Source: Kofleriaceae bacterium (lineage in GTDB: Bacteria > Myxococcota_A > Polyangia > Haliangiales > Haliangiaceae). Taken from it: DNA of 64,000 nt. The notes below the pieces were generated by a model, which did no database searches, was not told where the DNA came from, and saw only the letters and a list, made by a program, of their open reading frames with translations. Where the stretch lies: contig CBDCCZ010000019.1 in NCBI GenBank assembly GCA_965215005.1, forward strand, positions 32,001 to 96,000. Direction: 5' to 3'. Below are positions 40,255-56,499 of the stretch, in pieces (the stretch's first letter is position 1; each line of letters begins with the position of its first letter). The translations under genes and the position numbers were made by a program.

Positions 40255-41496
40255 ATGGGCAAGACCAAGCGAGATGAAATCATCGTCGGCCTCGACATCG
40301 GCACCACCAAGATCGCCGCTATCGTCGGCGAGATCGGCGACGATGGCATCGACATCATCGGCATCGGCACCGCACCTTCGAAAGGGCTGCGCAAAGGCGT
40401 GGTGGTCAACATCGATGCCACGGTGCAGGCCATTCGCCACGCCATCGATGAAGCCGAAAATATGGCTGGCTGCGAGATTTCAACGGTCTACGCCGGCATC
40501 TCCGGTGGCCACATTCGCGGCATCAACTCGCATGGCATCGTTGCCGTCAAAGATATTGAGGTCATGACCACCGATGTCGCCCGCGTCATCGAAGCGGCCA
40601 AGGCGGTAGCGATTCCCATGGACCGCGAGGTCTTGCACGTGTTGCCGCAGCAGTACGTGATCGATGAGCAAGATGGAATTCGCGATCCGCTCGGCATGGC
40701 CGGCGTGCGGCTCGAGGCCAAGGTCCACATCGTCACCACCGCCGTTACCAGCGCGCAAAATGTCGTCAAGTGCGCCAATCGTTGCGGCTTGCAGGTAGCG
40801 GATATCGTGCTCGAGCCGTTGGCTTCGGCCGAAGCCGTCGCCGAAGAAGATGAAAAAGAGCTCGGCGTCGCGCTCATCGACATTGGCGGCGGTACCGCGG
40901 ATATTGCGCTGTTTTGCGACGGGGCCATCGTCCATACCGCGGTCTTGCCTCTCGGCGGAAGCCACGTCACCAGCGACATTGCGGTCGGACTGCGCACGCC
41001 CATCGAGGCGGCGGAGGCGATCAAGAAAAAGTATGGCTGCGCGCTGCCGTCGCTCGTCGACGAGAGCGACACCATCGAGGTGCCGTCGGTTGGCGGACGC
41101 GAGCCGCGCATCTTGTCGCGCCAGATTCTCGTGCAGATCATCGAGCCGCGCATCGAAGAAATCTTTGAGCACGTGCGCGCGGAGATCGAGCGTTCGGGGT
41201 ACTACGACAGCTTGGCCGCCGGCGTTGTGCTCACCGGCGGCACGACGATCATGCCCGGCGTCATCGAGCTCGCGGAGTCAGTGCTGGAGCTGCCAGCACG
41301 GCGCGGCATCCCGCATGGCGTTGGCGGCTTGGTGGACATGGTGCGATCGCCGCAGTTTTCCACCGGCGTAGGGCTGGTGCGCTATGGCGCTTCCGTCGAT
41401 GAGCAAATGAGCGTGCCGACGCGCGCTCATGCTCACAACCCGAGCGAGCGCGGGTTTCTCTCCAAGATGTGGACTCGACTCGCCGAGATGTTCTAG
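40255..41496 (+). CDS. ftsA: Cell division protein FtsA
   Basis: VGLDIGTTKI, GLRKGVVVNID, DIGGGT, VLTGG, C-terminal amphipathic helix. Confidence 0.98.
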   Translation: MGKTKRDEIIVGLDIGTTKIAAIVGEIGDDGIDIIGIGTAPSKGLRKGVVVNIDATVQAIRHAIDEAENMAGCEISTVYAGISGGHIRGINSHGIVAVKDIEVMTTDVARVIEAAKAVAIPMDREVLHVLPQQYVIDEQDGIRDPLGMAGVRLEAKVHIVTTAVTSAQNVVKCANRCGLQVADIVLEPLASAEAVAEEDEKELGVALIDIGGGTADIALFCDGAIVHTAVLPLGGSHVTSDIAVGLRTPIEAAEAIKKKYGCALPSLVDESDTIEVPSVGGREPRILSRQILVQIIEPRIEEIFEHVRAEIERSGYYDSLAAGVVLTGGTTIMPGVIELAESVLELPARRGIPHGVGGLVDMVRSPQFSTGVGLVRYGASVDEQMSVPTRAHAHNPSERGFLSKMWTRLAEMF

Positions 41497-41533
41497 CGCG
41501 CCGCGCTGCTCGACCACGAAATTGCACTTAATG

Positions 41534-41548
41534 CGGCCGAAAATTTGC
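41534..41548 (+). promoter_or_regulatory. Candidate sigma-54 -24/-12 promoter of ftsZ (CGGCCGAAAATTTGC)
   Basis: GG at 41535-41536, 10 nt, GC at 41547-41548, with TTGC; in the ftsA-ftsZ spacer. Confidence 0.5.
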
Positions 41549-41600
41549 CCACCTCAAGAAGCGCATCGATAACCAGGCAAACGCGGGGAGAACAACGTTT

Positions 41601-43019
<1,419 letters not shown>

Positions 43020-43104
43020 ATCGCGCAGCCAGCGCTTCCCCGCGCGTCGCCGCCGGCAATCGTCGGCGGCGTTTTTCGTTCTGGGATTGCTGCTATAAGG
43101 AGGC

Positions 43105-43716
43105 GTGCTGTTTGCTGAAGAGCACGCTCGCTGGCTGCTCGTCCTGCACACCGGCTTAGCCGTTGCGCTGGTCGGCTCGGCCACGCACTTGGTCATTTGG
43201 ATGCGCGGCTTTGCGCGCGGCCGCTTCACCCGCATGGCCGCAATTCGCCGTTTCTCATTGATCACGCTGCTGCTCTTCGTCGCCACCTTCTTGGTCGGCA
43301 ACGCCGTTTATCCGGTTTATAAGGTGCGGGTCAAAGTCGAGTATCTCGAGAACAGCAGCGCCATTCGAGACGATCTCGCGAGTCGCGGGCAAGCCAAGAG
43401 CGACATTGCCCGCCGCTGGGAAACCCAGCAAGGGCGCGCGGCTCCAGCTCCGGTCGCCAACGAGCCGCCAATCGTGCCGCGGCAAACTGCCAAGATCGCC
43501 CGCTGGTTCGATGTGAAAGAGCACTGGGTCGCTCTTGGCATGGCTCTGTCGCTTGGTTGTTGGCTGCTCCTGCGTCTTTGGGATCCCAAGCGCGATGGCC
43601 CCCATATCGCCAACTTCGCGCTTGCCTTCGCAATTGGCGCCGCTTTTACCGTCTGGCTCGGCGCTATCATCGGCGTTCTGACCACCAGCTATCGCGCCGT
43701 TGGCAATCTCGGCTAA
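43105..43716 (+). CDS. Hypothetical membrane protein
   Basis: AGGAGG RBS; several TM helices; WFDVKEHW. Confidence 0.7.
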   Translation: MLFAEEHARWLLVLHTGLAVALVGSATHLVIWMRGFARGRFTRMAAIRRFSLITLLLFVATFLVGNAVYPVYKVRVKVEYLENSSAIRDDLASRGQAKSDIARRWETQQGRAAPAPVANEPPIVPRQTAKIARWFDVKEHWVALGMALSLGCWLLLRLWDPKRDGPHIANFALAFAIGAAFTVWLGAIIGVLTTSYRAVGNLG

Positions 43717-46477
43717 CGCGCCAGCACCTCACCAAGCACGGGCGGCGGCGTAGGAGTCAAGCCTGCGCCGCGCAACGTTGCTTCGGCAGTGGCTTCCGGG
43801 CCGCTCACGAAAATGATCGCTTGCGCGACGTTGAGCTGTTCATCGATTAGCCGCAACACCTGCGCCGGACGCAGCCGCGCAACGCTGGTCATCATCTCTT
43901 GCAGCACGCGCTCATCCCAGCCCTTGAGCCATGCGGTGACTATTTCCCCGGCCACCGACGAGGAACTGATCGCATCAGCGAGCATGCTCTCGTAAACTTT
44001 GCGCCGCGCCCGCACGAAGTCTTCAGCCAGGGTGGCGCGATCTCGTAGCCCCGCAAGCTCGGCAACGATGGCACCGAGCGCCACGCCGGCGCGCCGCGCG
44101 TCGAGCTCGCCGCTGATGAGAAGGGTGCCGTCGTCGAACCCGACGTTGACGCCATAGCTTGCGCCTAACGTCTCGCGAATCGTTCCCAGGCGCTGCTCGA
44201 TGATCTGCTCGAGAACCAACGCCGCGGCCGTATCCTGCTGCTCGATCGTCATCGGCAGCGCGACCACCAGCTGCGGCTGCACCAGCTCGTCATCGACATG
44301 CGCCACGCGGGCGCCGCGCTGCGGTTGCGGCTTTGGCCTGTCCGGCGGCGGCGCACCGGGTTCGGTCGGTCCCGTCCAGTCGCCAAACAGCCGGCGAATG
44401 CGCGCCGTCATGTCGGCGGCATCGAAGCGGCCGGTGACCACGAGCAGCGCCTCTCCTAAACGATGATGCGCCGCGTGGAACTCCTTCAGCTCGGCAGTGC
44501 TGATGCGCGCGAGCACGCTGCTGGCACGTTCGTCGCGAGCGCGCGGATGGTCGGGGCCGTAGAGCAAAGCCGCCAGCATAGGCCCGCTGCCTGCTGGCTC
44601 GTCATCTTCTGCGCGTTCCACCGCCTTGCGCAGCCGCACCAAGTCTTCGCCATCGTAGTTGCCGTGCTGCGCCCGCCAATACAGCTGCCAGAGCAGTCCA
44701 TCCGCATATGGGTCGAGCCCCGTGATGCGAAAGGTGGTCGACTTCTCGTCAGTGGCGGTATCGATCGCGCCGCCCATCAAGAGGATGCTGCGCACACTGC
44801 GATACACGGCGTAGGTAGGCAGCGCCGTGACGTCGTTGCTGAGCAGCTCAGCGGCGAGCGCCGCGGTGCCTGGCGCATCATTTGGGTCGTAGAGCGAGCC
44901 GGCGCGATACACCAGTCGCATATCCACGACCGGATAGGACAGGTCCGAGACCAACGCAACCTCCAGGCCCGTCGGAAGCTTGAGCCGCTGCACCTCGGGC
45001 CGGGCGCGCTCGCCCGGCAGCGGCAAGTCGCGCTCCGCATCGGCGGCCTCGACCGGCGCTTTCCAGCGATCGATCTCGAACGCTCCCAGCTCGTGTGCTG
45101 CGGCGAGCTCGACGCGCCGCGCAGCCGGCGCATCCTTGCCATCCGGCACCAGCAGCGCCACATGGCTCATGCTCTGGCGAAAGTGTTCATCGAGATATTG
45201 GTGAACCGACTCGTGGCTCAGCTGATCGATCACGTCGAGATCCTGGTGCATGAGCCGGTCGTGGTTGGTGTACTGCAGATAGTCGGCGATACCGGCCGAG
45301 CGGGCGGCGAACGACTCGTTCTGGCGCACTAGCGAGCTGCGCAGCCGCGCGCGCAACACGTCGAAGAGGAGCTCATCCACACCTTCGAGGAGCGAGGGTT
45401 GGATGCCGTTGAACAGCTCGACCGCGCGCGGCAGATACTTTTCATCCTCGACGGCGAGATAGAACGCCACCGCTCCGCCCCGCCAACCACCGAGACCCGA
45501 CAAGCCAAAGCCGGTGATGAACTCGTTATCATCGCGAAGCTCGCGAAGCTTCATTCCATACAGCTCGACGATAAGCTGCAGCGTGCTGTAGTCGGGACTG
45601 CCCCATGGCGGCGCGGCGAACAGCAGCGCCACCGCCGGTTCTTCGACACTCACCTGGTGCCGAGTTTGGCCGCCGCGCAGCCGCGGCGACGTCACTGGAA
45701 AATCGAGGGCGCGGACCTCATCGAGCGGCTGCAGTGGTCCAAACATCGCGGCCACCCGCTGCTCGGCCGCGGCGACGTCGATGGCGCCACTCACCACCAA
45801 GATGGCGTTCTTGGGCTGATAATGCCGCTCGAGGAACGCGCAGGCATCGGGCAGTGTGGCAGCAGCCACCTCGGCGACACTGCCGCCAACGGAGTGCCCG
45901 TAGGGATGATCGGCGCCAAAGGCCAACCAGCCGCAGCTCGTCTTGCACTTGCGCTGCAATGGGTGGCTCCTCTCCCAGCTCGCGTAGCACCACCTGTTGC
46001 TCGCGGGCAAATAGCGCCGGCTCGATCGCTTCGCAGCCCCAACGCAACCGATCTGCCTCCACTGCAAGGAGTGTCGCGAGCTGCTCGCGCAGCGCGGTTG
46101 CGGTGTAGTGGGTCTCATCCCAGTTGGTGTAGGCGTTGTAGACCAGCGCATCGCTGGGCGAGTCGCTCGAACAACGTCGGCCCTTGGTGAGAGAGCCGCA
46201 TGACGTAGGTGAGGTGCTCGACCAGATGCGCCATGCCGGCGTGAGCGGCCGGATCGCTGCTGGCGCCGGACTGATAGCGCGCGTCGACCTTGACGAGGTT
46301 GGTGTTGTCGTCGCGCACCAGCGCCACCATCATTCCCGACTGGGTCTGGTAGAGCCGAGTGGCTTCGGAAAAGACAATGTCGCGGGGTCCCGAACGCAGC
46401 GCGGGGACCTTCAGCGGGACGGCAGTGGCGCATCCGGCCGCGAGCAGGGCGATCGACAACAGGCGAACGAGAGACAT
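43713..46477 (-). CDS. M16 (insulinase-family) zinc protease lipoprotein; frameshifts in the 5' part
   Basis: LLAAGC lipobox; GMAHLVEHL (HxxEH); HPYG, YQPKNAILVVSG; second degenerate M16 repeat. Confidence 0.88.
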
Positions 46478-46571
46478 CAGAGCTCCTTGAGGGCGCTTAT
46501 CCTACGGACCCGCGGCGCGATTACCAGCGGCAGAAGTTGGCAGACATGTGCGCGGAGCTCGCTTCCCAGGC

Positions 46572-47390
46572 TCAACCGGCAGCGGCGCGAAAGGCTGACC
46601 ACATCGCCGACAGTGGCGCCGGTCGGCCGGTCCACAGCGAAAACGCCTGCGCCCCTTGGTGAACCAGCATGCCAGCGCCATCCACAGTGCGCAGCCCGCG
46701 CGCCGCGGCAGCAGCCAACAGAGCCGGCACGCGATGGTAAACCAGCGACGCCACGACCGCCGTGTCGGGCACGAGCTCGAGCGGAATTGCCGCTGGCAAC
46801 GCGGCTTCACGCGGGCCAAGCGCCGCCGAGGTGCAGTCGATTAAGAGATCGCAGGCGGGAAGCTGCGCCGCTAGCGAGGCTGTGGTCCAAGGCTGCGCCG
46901 CCGCCCACGAGACCTTCGCCGGCGACCGCGCCACCACCGTCACGTCCGCGTGCTGCTGCTGCAACCCGGCAGCGACTGCGCGCGCGGCGCCGCCGCCGCC
47001 GAGCAGCACCGCACGGGCCCCGGCGAGCTCCATCGGCCGCGCCTCGAGCAGCCCGTCGACAAATCCGCCGGCGTCGGTGTTGTGGCCAATCACCTCGCCC
47101 TCCGCGAGCTCCAGGCAGTTGACGGCACCGATGCGCTCCGCCTGCGGAGTAAGGCGATCGCACAGCGGCAGCACCGCGCGCTTGTGCGGCACGGTGACGC
47201 TAGCGCCGAGCAGCTGCAGCGCACGCAGGCCGGCGACAGCCGCTTCGAGCTGCGCGGGCGCAACCTCAAACGCCACGAAAACCGCATCGATGCCCGCCGC
47301 CGCGAACGCCGCGTTGTGCAGCGCCGGCGACAGGCTGTGACGCACCGGCGCGCCAAGCACGCAGGCCACGCGCGTGGGTGCGCGGATCAC
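46572..47390 (-). CDS. aroE: Shikimate dehydrogenase
   Basis: [42 protein letters not shown]. Confidence 0.95.
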   Translation of the reverse strand: MIRAPTRVACVLGAPVRHSLSPALHNAAFAAAGIDAVFVAFEVAPAQLEAAVAGLRALQLLGASVTVPHKRAVLPLCDRLTPQAERIGAVNCLELAEGEVIGHNTDAGGFVDGLLEARPMELAGARAVLLGGGGAARAVAAGLQQQHADVTVVARSPAKVSWAAAQPWTTASLAAQLPACDLLIDCTSAALGPREAALPAAIPLELVPDTAVVASLVYHRVPALLAAAAARGLRTVDGAGMLVHQGAQAFSLWTGRPAPLSAMWSAFRAAAG

Positions 47391-48809
47391 TCGCTTCGTC
47401 CCGAAGGCGCGTCGCTGGCGATCTCGCTTCGCCCCGAAGGCGCCTCGCTCGCGTCGCGGATGCCGCGGATTTCGCAATCGAGCACGCCGCGCGCCAAACG
47501 TACCTCGAGCGGCTCGCCCACGGCGACCTCGCGGCAATCGCTCACCACGTGCGCGCCGCGCTTGGCGATCGCGTAGCCGCGCTCGAGCACCGCCAGCGGG
47601 CTGAGCGCGCCGAGCCGAGCGGCGAGGTCCGCCAGCTCGCGATGACTGCGGTCGACCCGCCGGCGCAGCGGCGGCGCCACCCGTGCATCCAGCTCGGCAA
47701 GCCCCCGTGCCGCGCGCTCGAGCCGCGTCCGCACGCAGGCGTCTAGTCGCGCAGAAAGCGCCGTTAGCTCGCGCTTTTCCGCCGCCAGCCGCACCGCCGG
47801 GTGCTGTGCCTCGAGCGTTCGCACCACCTCGGCCAACGCGTGTTTGCGCCGCGCCATGGCCTGCTCGAACCGCCGTTCCGCCTGGCCAATGGCTCGGTCG
47901 ACGTCCTGCCGGGCATCGCGCAGGCGCAACGCCAACTCACGCCCGAGGCGTCGCTCTTCTTTAATGAGCAGCGCCTCGAGCTCGACGAGCACCGGCACCG
48001 CCATCTCGCCCGCCATGGTGGGTGTCGCTGCGCGATGATCGGCGGCTAGATCCGCCAAGCTGGTATCAATCTCGTGCCCCACCGCGCTGATCACCGGCAC
48101 CGAGCAGCCGGCAATCGCCCGCACCACGCGCTCATCATTGAAAGCGGATAAATCATCGGCCGAGCCACCGCCGCGGCCGACGATCAATACATCGACGTCG
48201 GTACGACAGATCGCGGCGATCGCGCGGCAGATGCGGGTAGGAGCACTCGGCCCTTGCACCACCGCGTCGGCGACCAAGATCGGCACCGGATAGCGTCGCT
48301 GCACTGCTTGGATGATGTCGCGCACCGCCGCGCCACTCTTAGAGGTGACGACGCCAATCCGGCGGGGCAGGTGCGGCAACGGCCGCTTGCGCTGCGCGTC
48401 GAACAGGCCCTCGGCGGCAAGCTTTGCTTTAAGCTGCTCGAGCGCCAGCGCCGCCGCGCCTAGCCCCGCAGGCTCCGCGACCTGCACGTAAAGCTGAAAT
48501 TTGCCATCGCGCTCGTAGATGCCCAGCCGCCCGCGACAGCGCAGGTGCAGCCCATCTTCCATGGCAAATCGCAGCCGCGCCGCATCGCTGCGCCACATCA
48601 CCGCGCGCAGCTGCGAGCGACGGTCTTTGAGGCAAAAATAGATGTGGCCGCTGGAGGCGCACACCACGGACACGGTCTCGCCTTCGATCCACACCGTGCC
48701 CACACCGCCTTCCAATGCGTGGGTGGCCGCGCGAACCACGTCGGCAACGGTCATGGGGTGCTCACGACTGCCCCGGGCGGCTCCGGGTGCCGGGGCGAGG
48801 CTCGACATC
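47387..48809 (-). CDS. xseA: Exodeoxyribonuclease VII large subunit
   Basis: [51 protein letters not shown]; start uncertain. Confidence 0.95.
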
Positions 48810-48898
48810 TGGCGACCGTACACGCGCCGTTGTCAGACGTCCAGCGGTGCACCGGCGGTGGCAGGAAACCGGCAGCCGAGCTACGATTCGGGCTCCCG

Positions 48899-50047
48899 AT
48901 GGCCAGCGAAGTCGATAGCCAAGACAGCTCCGGCGATGAGCTGGCGCGTCATCCGGGACGTCCGTTTCCCGCTGGCGCCATCGATCCTGAGCTGCTGTCG
49001 CTGCGCCGGCCGCGAACGCCGATCGGGCCGCTCTTGGCGGCCAGCATCGTGGTGTTCTGCGCCTACATTCTTTGGATTCTGCGCGATGACCTGCGCTTTT
49101 CGCAGCAACCGGAGACGCCCCGCGAGGTCACCTTGGCGGCGGTGATCACCGGCGACGTGGGCGATGAGACGTTCGTCCAAATCGAAGCGCCGATCGATCG
49201 GTCGGTGGCGGTGCGAGTTAGCAAGAACACCGGCGACTTGGGTCATCGACTTGCCCCCGTGCAAGGCTCGGGCGGCCGCCTTTGGGTCATGACCGAAGGC
49301 AGCGCTTGGCGCTCCAGCATTGCCTACGATGAGCTTTACACCGGCCGCTTGCGCCGCTTCGATGACGTTACGTTTGCCGACGACGTCCGCCGCCACCTGC
49401 GTGCCCGTGGACTAACGCCGCGCTTCGTCACCCCCAGCGCGGTGCAGAAGGCCCTGGAGTCCAAGGCCTCCGAGGTCGTCGAGCCCGGCGGCGAGGTCGT
49501 CGCAGTAACCGCTGAGACGCCGGTGCTCGTGGCCGAGACCCGGCGCGATCGCAGCGAGGTGCACGTCATAGCCACCGCTCGATTCACCAGCGTCGAAGCT
49601 TGGCGGCGGGCCTTGCGCGCGGCTGGCATCGAACCCGCAGCGCCGCCCAAGGTGCGCGACGACGAGGATCGCGAGCTGGTGTGGATTTTCGAGGTCGCGG
49701 CCGCGCCCGAGGAGCTGCGCCGCGCGCTCGTCGCGGCCCGCTTGTACTCCGCCTACGTCGAGCCGATCGTGGTGCGCCACCGGATCGCGTGGAGCGAAGC
49801 TGCAAGCGGGAGCCGCGGGGCTGCCGGTGGGCGAGCGCATCATTCCGTGGAGTGAGCTCGACCTGCTCGCGCTCGAGGTGCCACGGCCGGTGCCGGAAAC
49901 GGCGCGCATCGTGCTCACCGACGAGTCTCCTGCCGGCTATTGGTACGTGCCGATCTTGTATGTCGTTCTTGGCGTCTTTGGGCTGCTGTTTGCCTGGGCG
50001 CTCGCGCGTTCGCTGCGCCGAACCGATTCTCCAGCCCCACTTTCATC

Positions 50048-50051
<4 letters not shown>
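48899..50051 (+). CDS. Hypothetical membrane protein (frameshift near 49810)
   Basis: TM segments at both ends, spread over two overlapping track ORFs. Confidence 0.6.
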
Positions 50052-51539
<1,488 letters not shown>

Positions 51540-51595
51540 CTGGTCGGTTTGCCGCTCAAACCGGCGAAACCGCGCTGGCGAGTGCGTGAGCGCGG

Positions 51596-51856
51596 TTAGG
51601 CCGGCTGGCTCAGCAGCGCGTCGAGCTCACCGCGTTGGTCCAAACCCGAGAGCTCGGAGTAGCCGCCGATCGAGCGTCCGTTGATGAAGATCTGCGGGAC
51701 CGTGCGTTGCCCCGTGGCTTCGACCAGCCAATCGCGGGTCGCTTGGTCGCCAGCGACATCGATCTCTTCAACCTCGACGTTTTTGCCGCGCAGAAGCTGC
51801 TCGGCACGCACGCAGTAGGGGCACCATTGGGTTCGATACATCTTTACTTCAGCCAT
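51596..51856 (-). CDS. grxC: Glutaredoxin 3
   Basis: CPYC, TVPQIFI, IGG. Confidence 0.95.
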   Translation of the reverse strand: MAEVKMYRTQWCPYCVRAEQLLRGKNVEVEEIDVAGDQATRDWLVEATGQRTVPQIFINGRSIGGYSELSGLDQRGELDALLSQPA

Positions 51857-51862
51857 CGTCTG

Positions 51863-52856
51863 CTACTCCTCCGTGTCTTCGCTGAGGTAGGCCAGGATTA
51901 CCTCATCGAGACTCTTTTCCGAGATCAGATCGTGCCCAAAGATGCCATCGGCGGTTGCCTCGCGCGACCGTCGTGACTTGATCGGCGGCGCATAGGGCTC
52001 GGTGCCGTTCACGACCTTGGGCGGCGGCGCCGATGATCACCGCCGGGCGCGACACCACCACTCCGGAGGTGCTGGGCCGCTTGTTGCGTCCAGCCTCCGT
52101 TTGCGGCCGCGGCGGCACCGGCGGCGGTTGGCTGCGCACCGGCGTGCGAATGGTGGTCGACACCGGCCGCGGACCAGCCGCGCGCGCCGGAACCGGCGGC
52201 GGCGCCACGGTGGCCACGGGCGGAATGGGAATTGACGTCGAGCGACCGCGGCGGTGTTGGCGATACTCGCCGGGCCGCGCGCCTTGCAATCCGGGCGGCA
52301 GCGGCGCCGAAGACAGCGCCGGCGCGTGGACGTGGGCTGGCTCGTCGTCGTCGACCGCCGCGTAGGTATCGGTACCAAGGGCGCCGACGTCAACCGGAGG
52401 AGCCGTGATTGCTCGCGCGTCTTCTTGGCCGGCATCCACCGGCAAGAGATCCGGGTGCTCGCCTAAATAGCTATCGATCTTGCCGGTGAAATCACCGCGA
52501 CGAAGGTCCTTCAACACAGCTTTGTGCTGGGCCTGCATCAGTGACTTCACCACATCTTCGGCAGCCTCGGCATCGTAGTCGAGTTTCCGCGTATTGAGGA
52601 TTACGCCCCCGTGAAACAGGTGCGTAAAGATATGCGGATTATCGACGCCGGAATCCTCGGTCTGGACGTGGAACACCAGCCCGCGATACCGTACGTTGTG
52701 GTTATAGCCGAGGATCGGCGATCGCTTACCCACGACTCCTAGGAAGTTATCACGACCCGTCGTGGGCCCCAACACCGGCGTAACAGAGATCGGCGGCTCG
52801 ACCGCTGGCCTCGTGGTTGATACTCTTACCCCGCGAGGGTTCGGTACCCTCGGCAC
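51863..52856 (-). CDS. Conserved myxobacterial-type hypothetical protein (frameshift near the 3' end)
   Basis: GYNHNVRYRGLVFHVQTEDSG..THLF; C-terminal KSLDEVILAYL in a shifted frame. Confidence 0.7.
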
Positions 52857-52883
52857 TTTTCACCCCCAGCCTGAGAGAGAGCA

Positions 52884-53474
52884 TTGGACGCCCAGAGCAC
52901 GGAGCGGCGGTTTGTCGAGATCATTAGCGAATGGCTAATCTCCCTGCCGCACGATCTCAAAATCCTCTTCGAAGCCAAAGACGACGAGAACCTCGACCGC
53001 TCTGCGCGCGAGCTCGCCGTCGGTACCATCCTCTACGTGATATCGCCGAACGACCTCGTGGCCGATCGTCACGATAACTTTACGAGTTATTGCGATGACG
53101 CAATTCTCGTTCGGATGGTGTTGGCGCAAGTCGTAAGCGACAACGATGAGGATACCGAGTTCTTCAAGAGCCGGTTTCCTGACTTCTTCGACGATCTCGA
53201 GGAGGAGCTCGCCATCTGCAAGAACGCGATGGGTGAGCTCTACGAATGGCTCGAATCGAAGATTCCCACGCTCCCCAAGATGGAGCACAAAGGTAAGAAG
53301 GTCCGCGACTACATCACCAACGACGAAGACGGCGAGACACTTTTCGACGAAGGCTTGGCCTTCCGCACCGAATATCCGGTGGAAGAAGAAACGCTCGCAG
53401 ATAAGTTGAAGAAGGCCTCGACGGTGCTCGAGGTCATCAAGCGACGCAAAGCCGAAGAAGCGCGCGTGGCTTGA
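52884..53474 (+). CDS. Hypothetical protein (YkvA/DUF1232-like)
   Basis: ILYVISPNDLV....CDDAIL motif. Confidence 0.6.
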   Translation: MDAQSTERRFVEIISEWLISLPHDLKILFEAKDDENLDRSARELAVGTILYVISPNDLVADRHDNFTSYCDDAILVRMVLAQVVSDNDEDTEFFKSRFPDFFDDLEEELAICKNAMGELYEWLESKIPTLPKMEHKGKKVRDYITNDEDGETLFDEGLAFRTEYPVEEETLADKLKKASTVLEVIKRRKAEEARVA

Positions 53475-53530
53475 TTTCCAGCCAAGGGCGGTAACTCGCC
53501 GAGCAGCGCCTCAGCAAGCGACGCCGCCGC

Positions 53531-54343
<813 letters not shown>

Positions 54344-54450
54344 CCTACCGCAGCCACGCCACGGGTCGAAGCGGGAGTGGCGTGGATGGGAAACGGCGAC
54401 AGGTAAGCGCCCATGCGCCAAGCAGTCGCGGTGGAAGCTAGAGTAGCCAG

Positions 54451-54678
54451 TTAGCTTGGGGATTTACCGCAGTCGCTGTCGGCCGACTCTGCATCGGCGG
54501 GCAGCTCCCGGCGGCCTTCGTACAACCACAAGAGTTGCAGAAAAGTCACCGACTTATCCTGCAGTTCTTCATACATCCGGCTGATGCCCGGGTACCACTC
54601 TTCGGCCATGGGCAGTTGGTGCTCTGTAATACGACCACGCACGACCCCGGCTGTTGGCAAGTGACGTACCAGCTTCAC
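54451..54678 (-). CDS. Small hypothetical protein
   Basis: GGAG RBS; 75-aa ORF. Confidence 0.5.
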   Translation of the reverse strand: MKLVRHLPTAGVVRGRITEHQLPMAEEWYPGISRMYEELQDKSVTFLQLLWLYEGRRELPADAESADSDCGKSPS

Positions 54679-54747
54679 GACGTTGCTCTCCCGTCACCCA
54701 CACTGGAGTCCCGTGCTTGACGCGGTCGCGCCCCTTGGCTAGACGTC

Positions 54748-55725
<978 letters not shown>

Positions 55726-55774
55726 TGCTGGGTCGAGAATCATCGGCGCTATTCGCGGAGCTATAGGGACGAGC

Positions 55775-56434
55775 TCAAAGCGCCGCGCCCACCGTGAGCG
55801 CGGCGCTGACTACAATGGTCGAGTCGGTGCCGTCGATGAGTAGGTGCGCGCCGACATCGGTGGCGATCGCCAGCGGTCCCCAAAGGCCGAGCTCAGTCTG
55901 CACGCCGCCACCAATCGCCGGGAGCTGCTCGCCGTACTGCAGGCCGAGCTCGCCGTGAAACAGCATCGCAAGCTGCGGGCGCGCGCTGCCCGCTTCGAAC
56001 GTTACGCCGCCCAGCAGCAAGCCGCCGCTGTCGTCATAGCGGCGCCAGCGAGCGGCGACGCCCCAGCGGCCGAGTCTGCCGCCCGGGAGCGCCTCGACAA
56101 ACATCGCCAGCCCAGCGGTGTCGGGGCCCGTAGCCACGTAGCCGCCTGCGCCTACGCTTAGGTGCAGCGGGCGCATATCGGAGTCGTCGCTATCCGCTGA
56201 CGATGGATTGGCTGCCGATTGCGAAGCGCTAGGGTGCGCGTTCAACGGCGCCGCCTGCGCGACGTTGCAGCACCAAGCGAGGACCAGAGCGCTGCCCAGT
56301 GCAGCGACAGGCCCCAACGACTTGCCTCGGCGACCGCCACGGGACGTTGCTGATCGCGGCCGCCTCGCAGCAAGCGCGGCGCGGGATGCTTGGACGAGCT
56401 TGGCGATGGACCTATCATAAAGAGACGCGCCCAC
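55775..56434 (-). CDS. Hypothetical exported beta-rich protein
   Basis: Hydrophobic segment followed by alternating beta-strand patterns; start uncertain. Confidence 0.5.
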   Translation of the reverse strand: MGASLYDRSIAKLVQASRAALAARRPRSATSRGGRRGKSLGPVAALGSALVLAWCCNVAQAAPLNAHPSASQSAANPSSADSDDSDMRPLHLSVGAGGYVATGPDTAGLAMFVEALPGGRLGRWGVAARWRRYDDSGGLLLGGVTFEAGSARPQLAMLFHGELGLQYGEQLPAIGGGVQTELGLWGPLAIATDVGAHLLIDGTDSTIVVSAALTVGAAL

Positions 56435-56499
56435 CTCGTCGCTCGATTGCTACAGTGACTTGACGCGCTCTCCACCTCTCACGCCGCCGGCGGTAGCCC

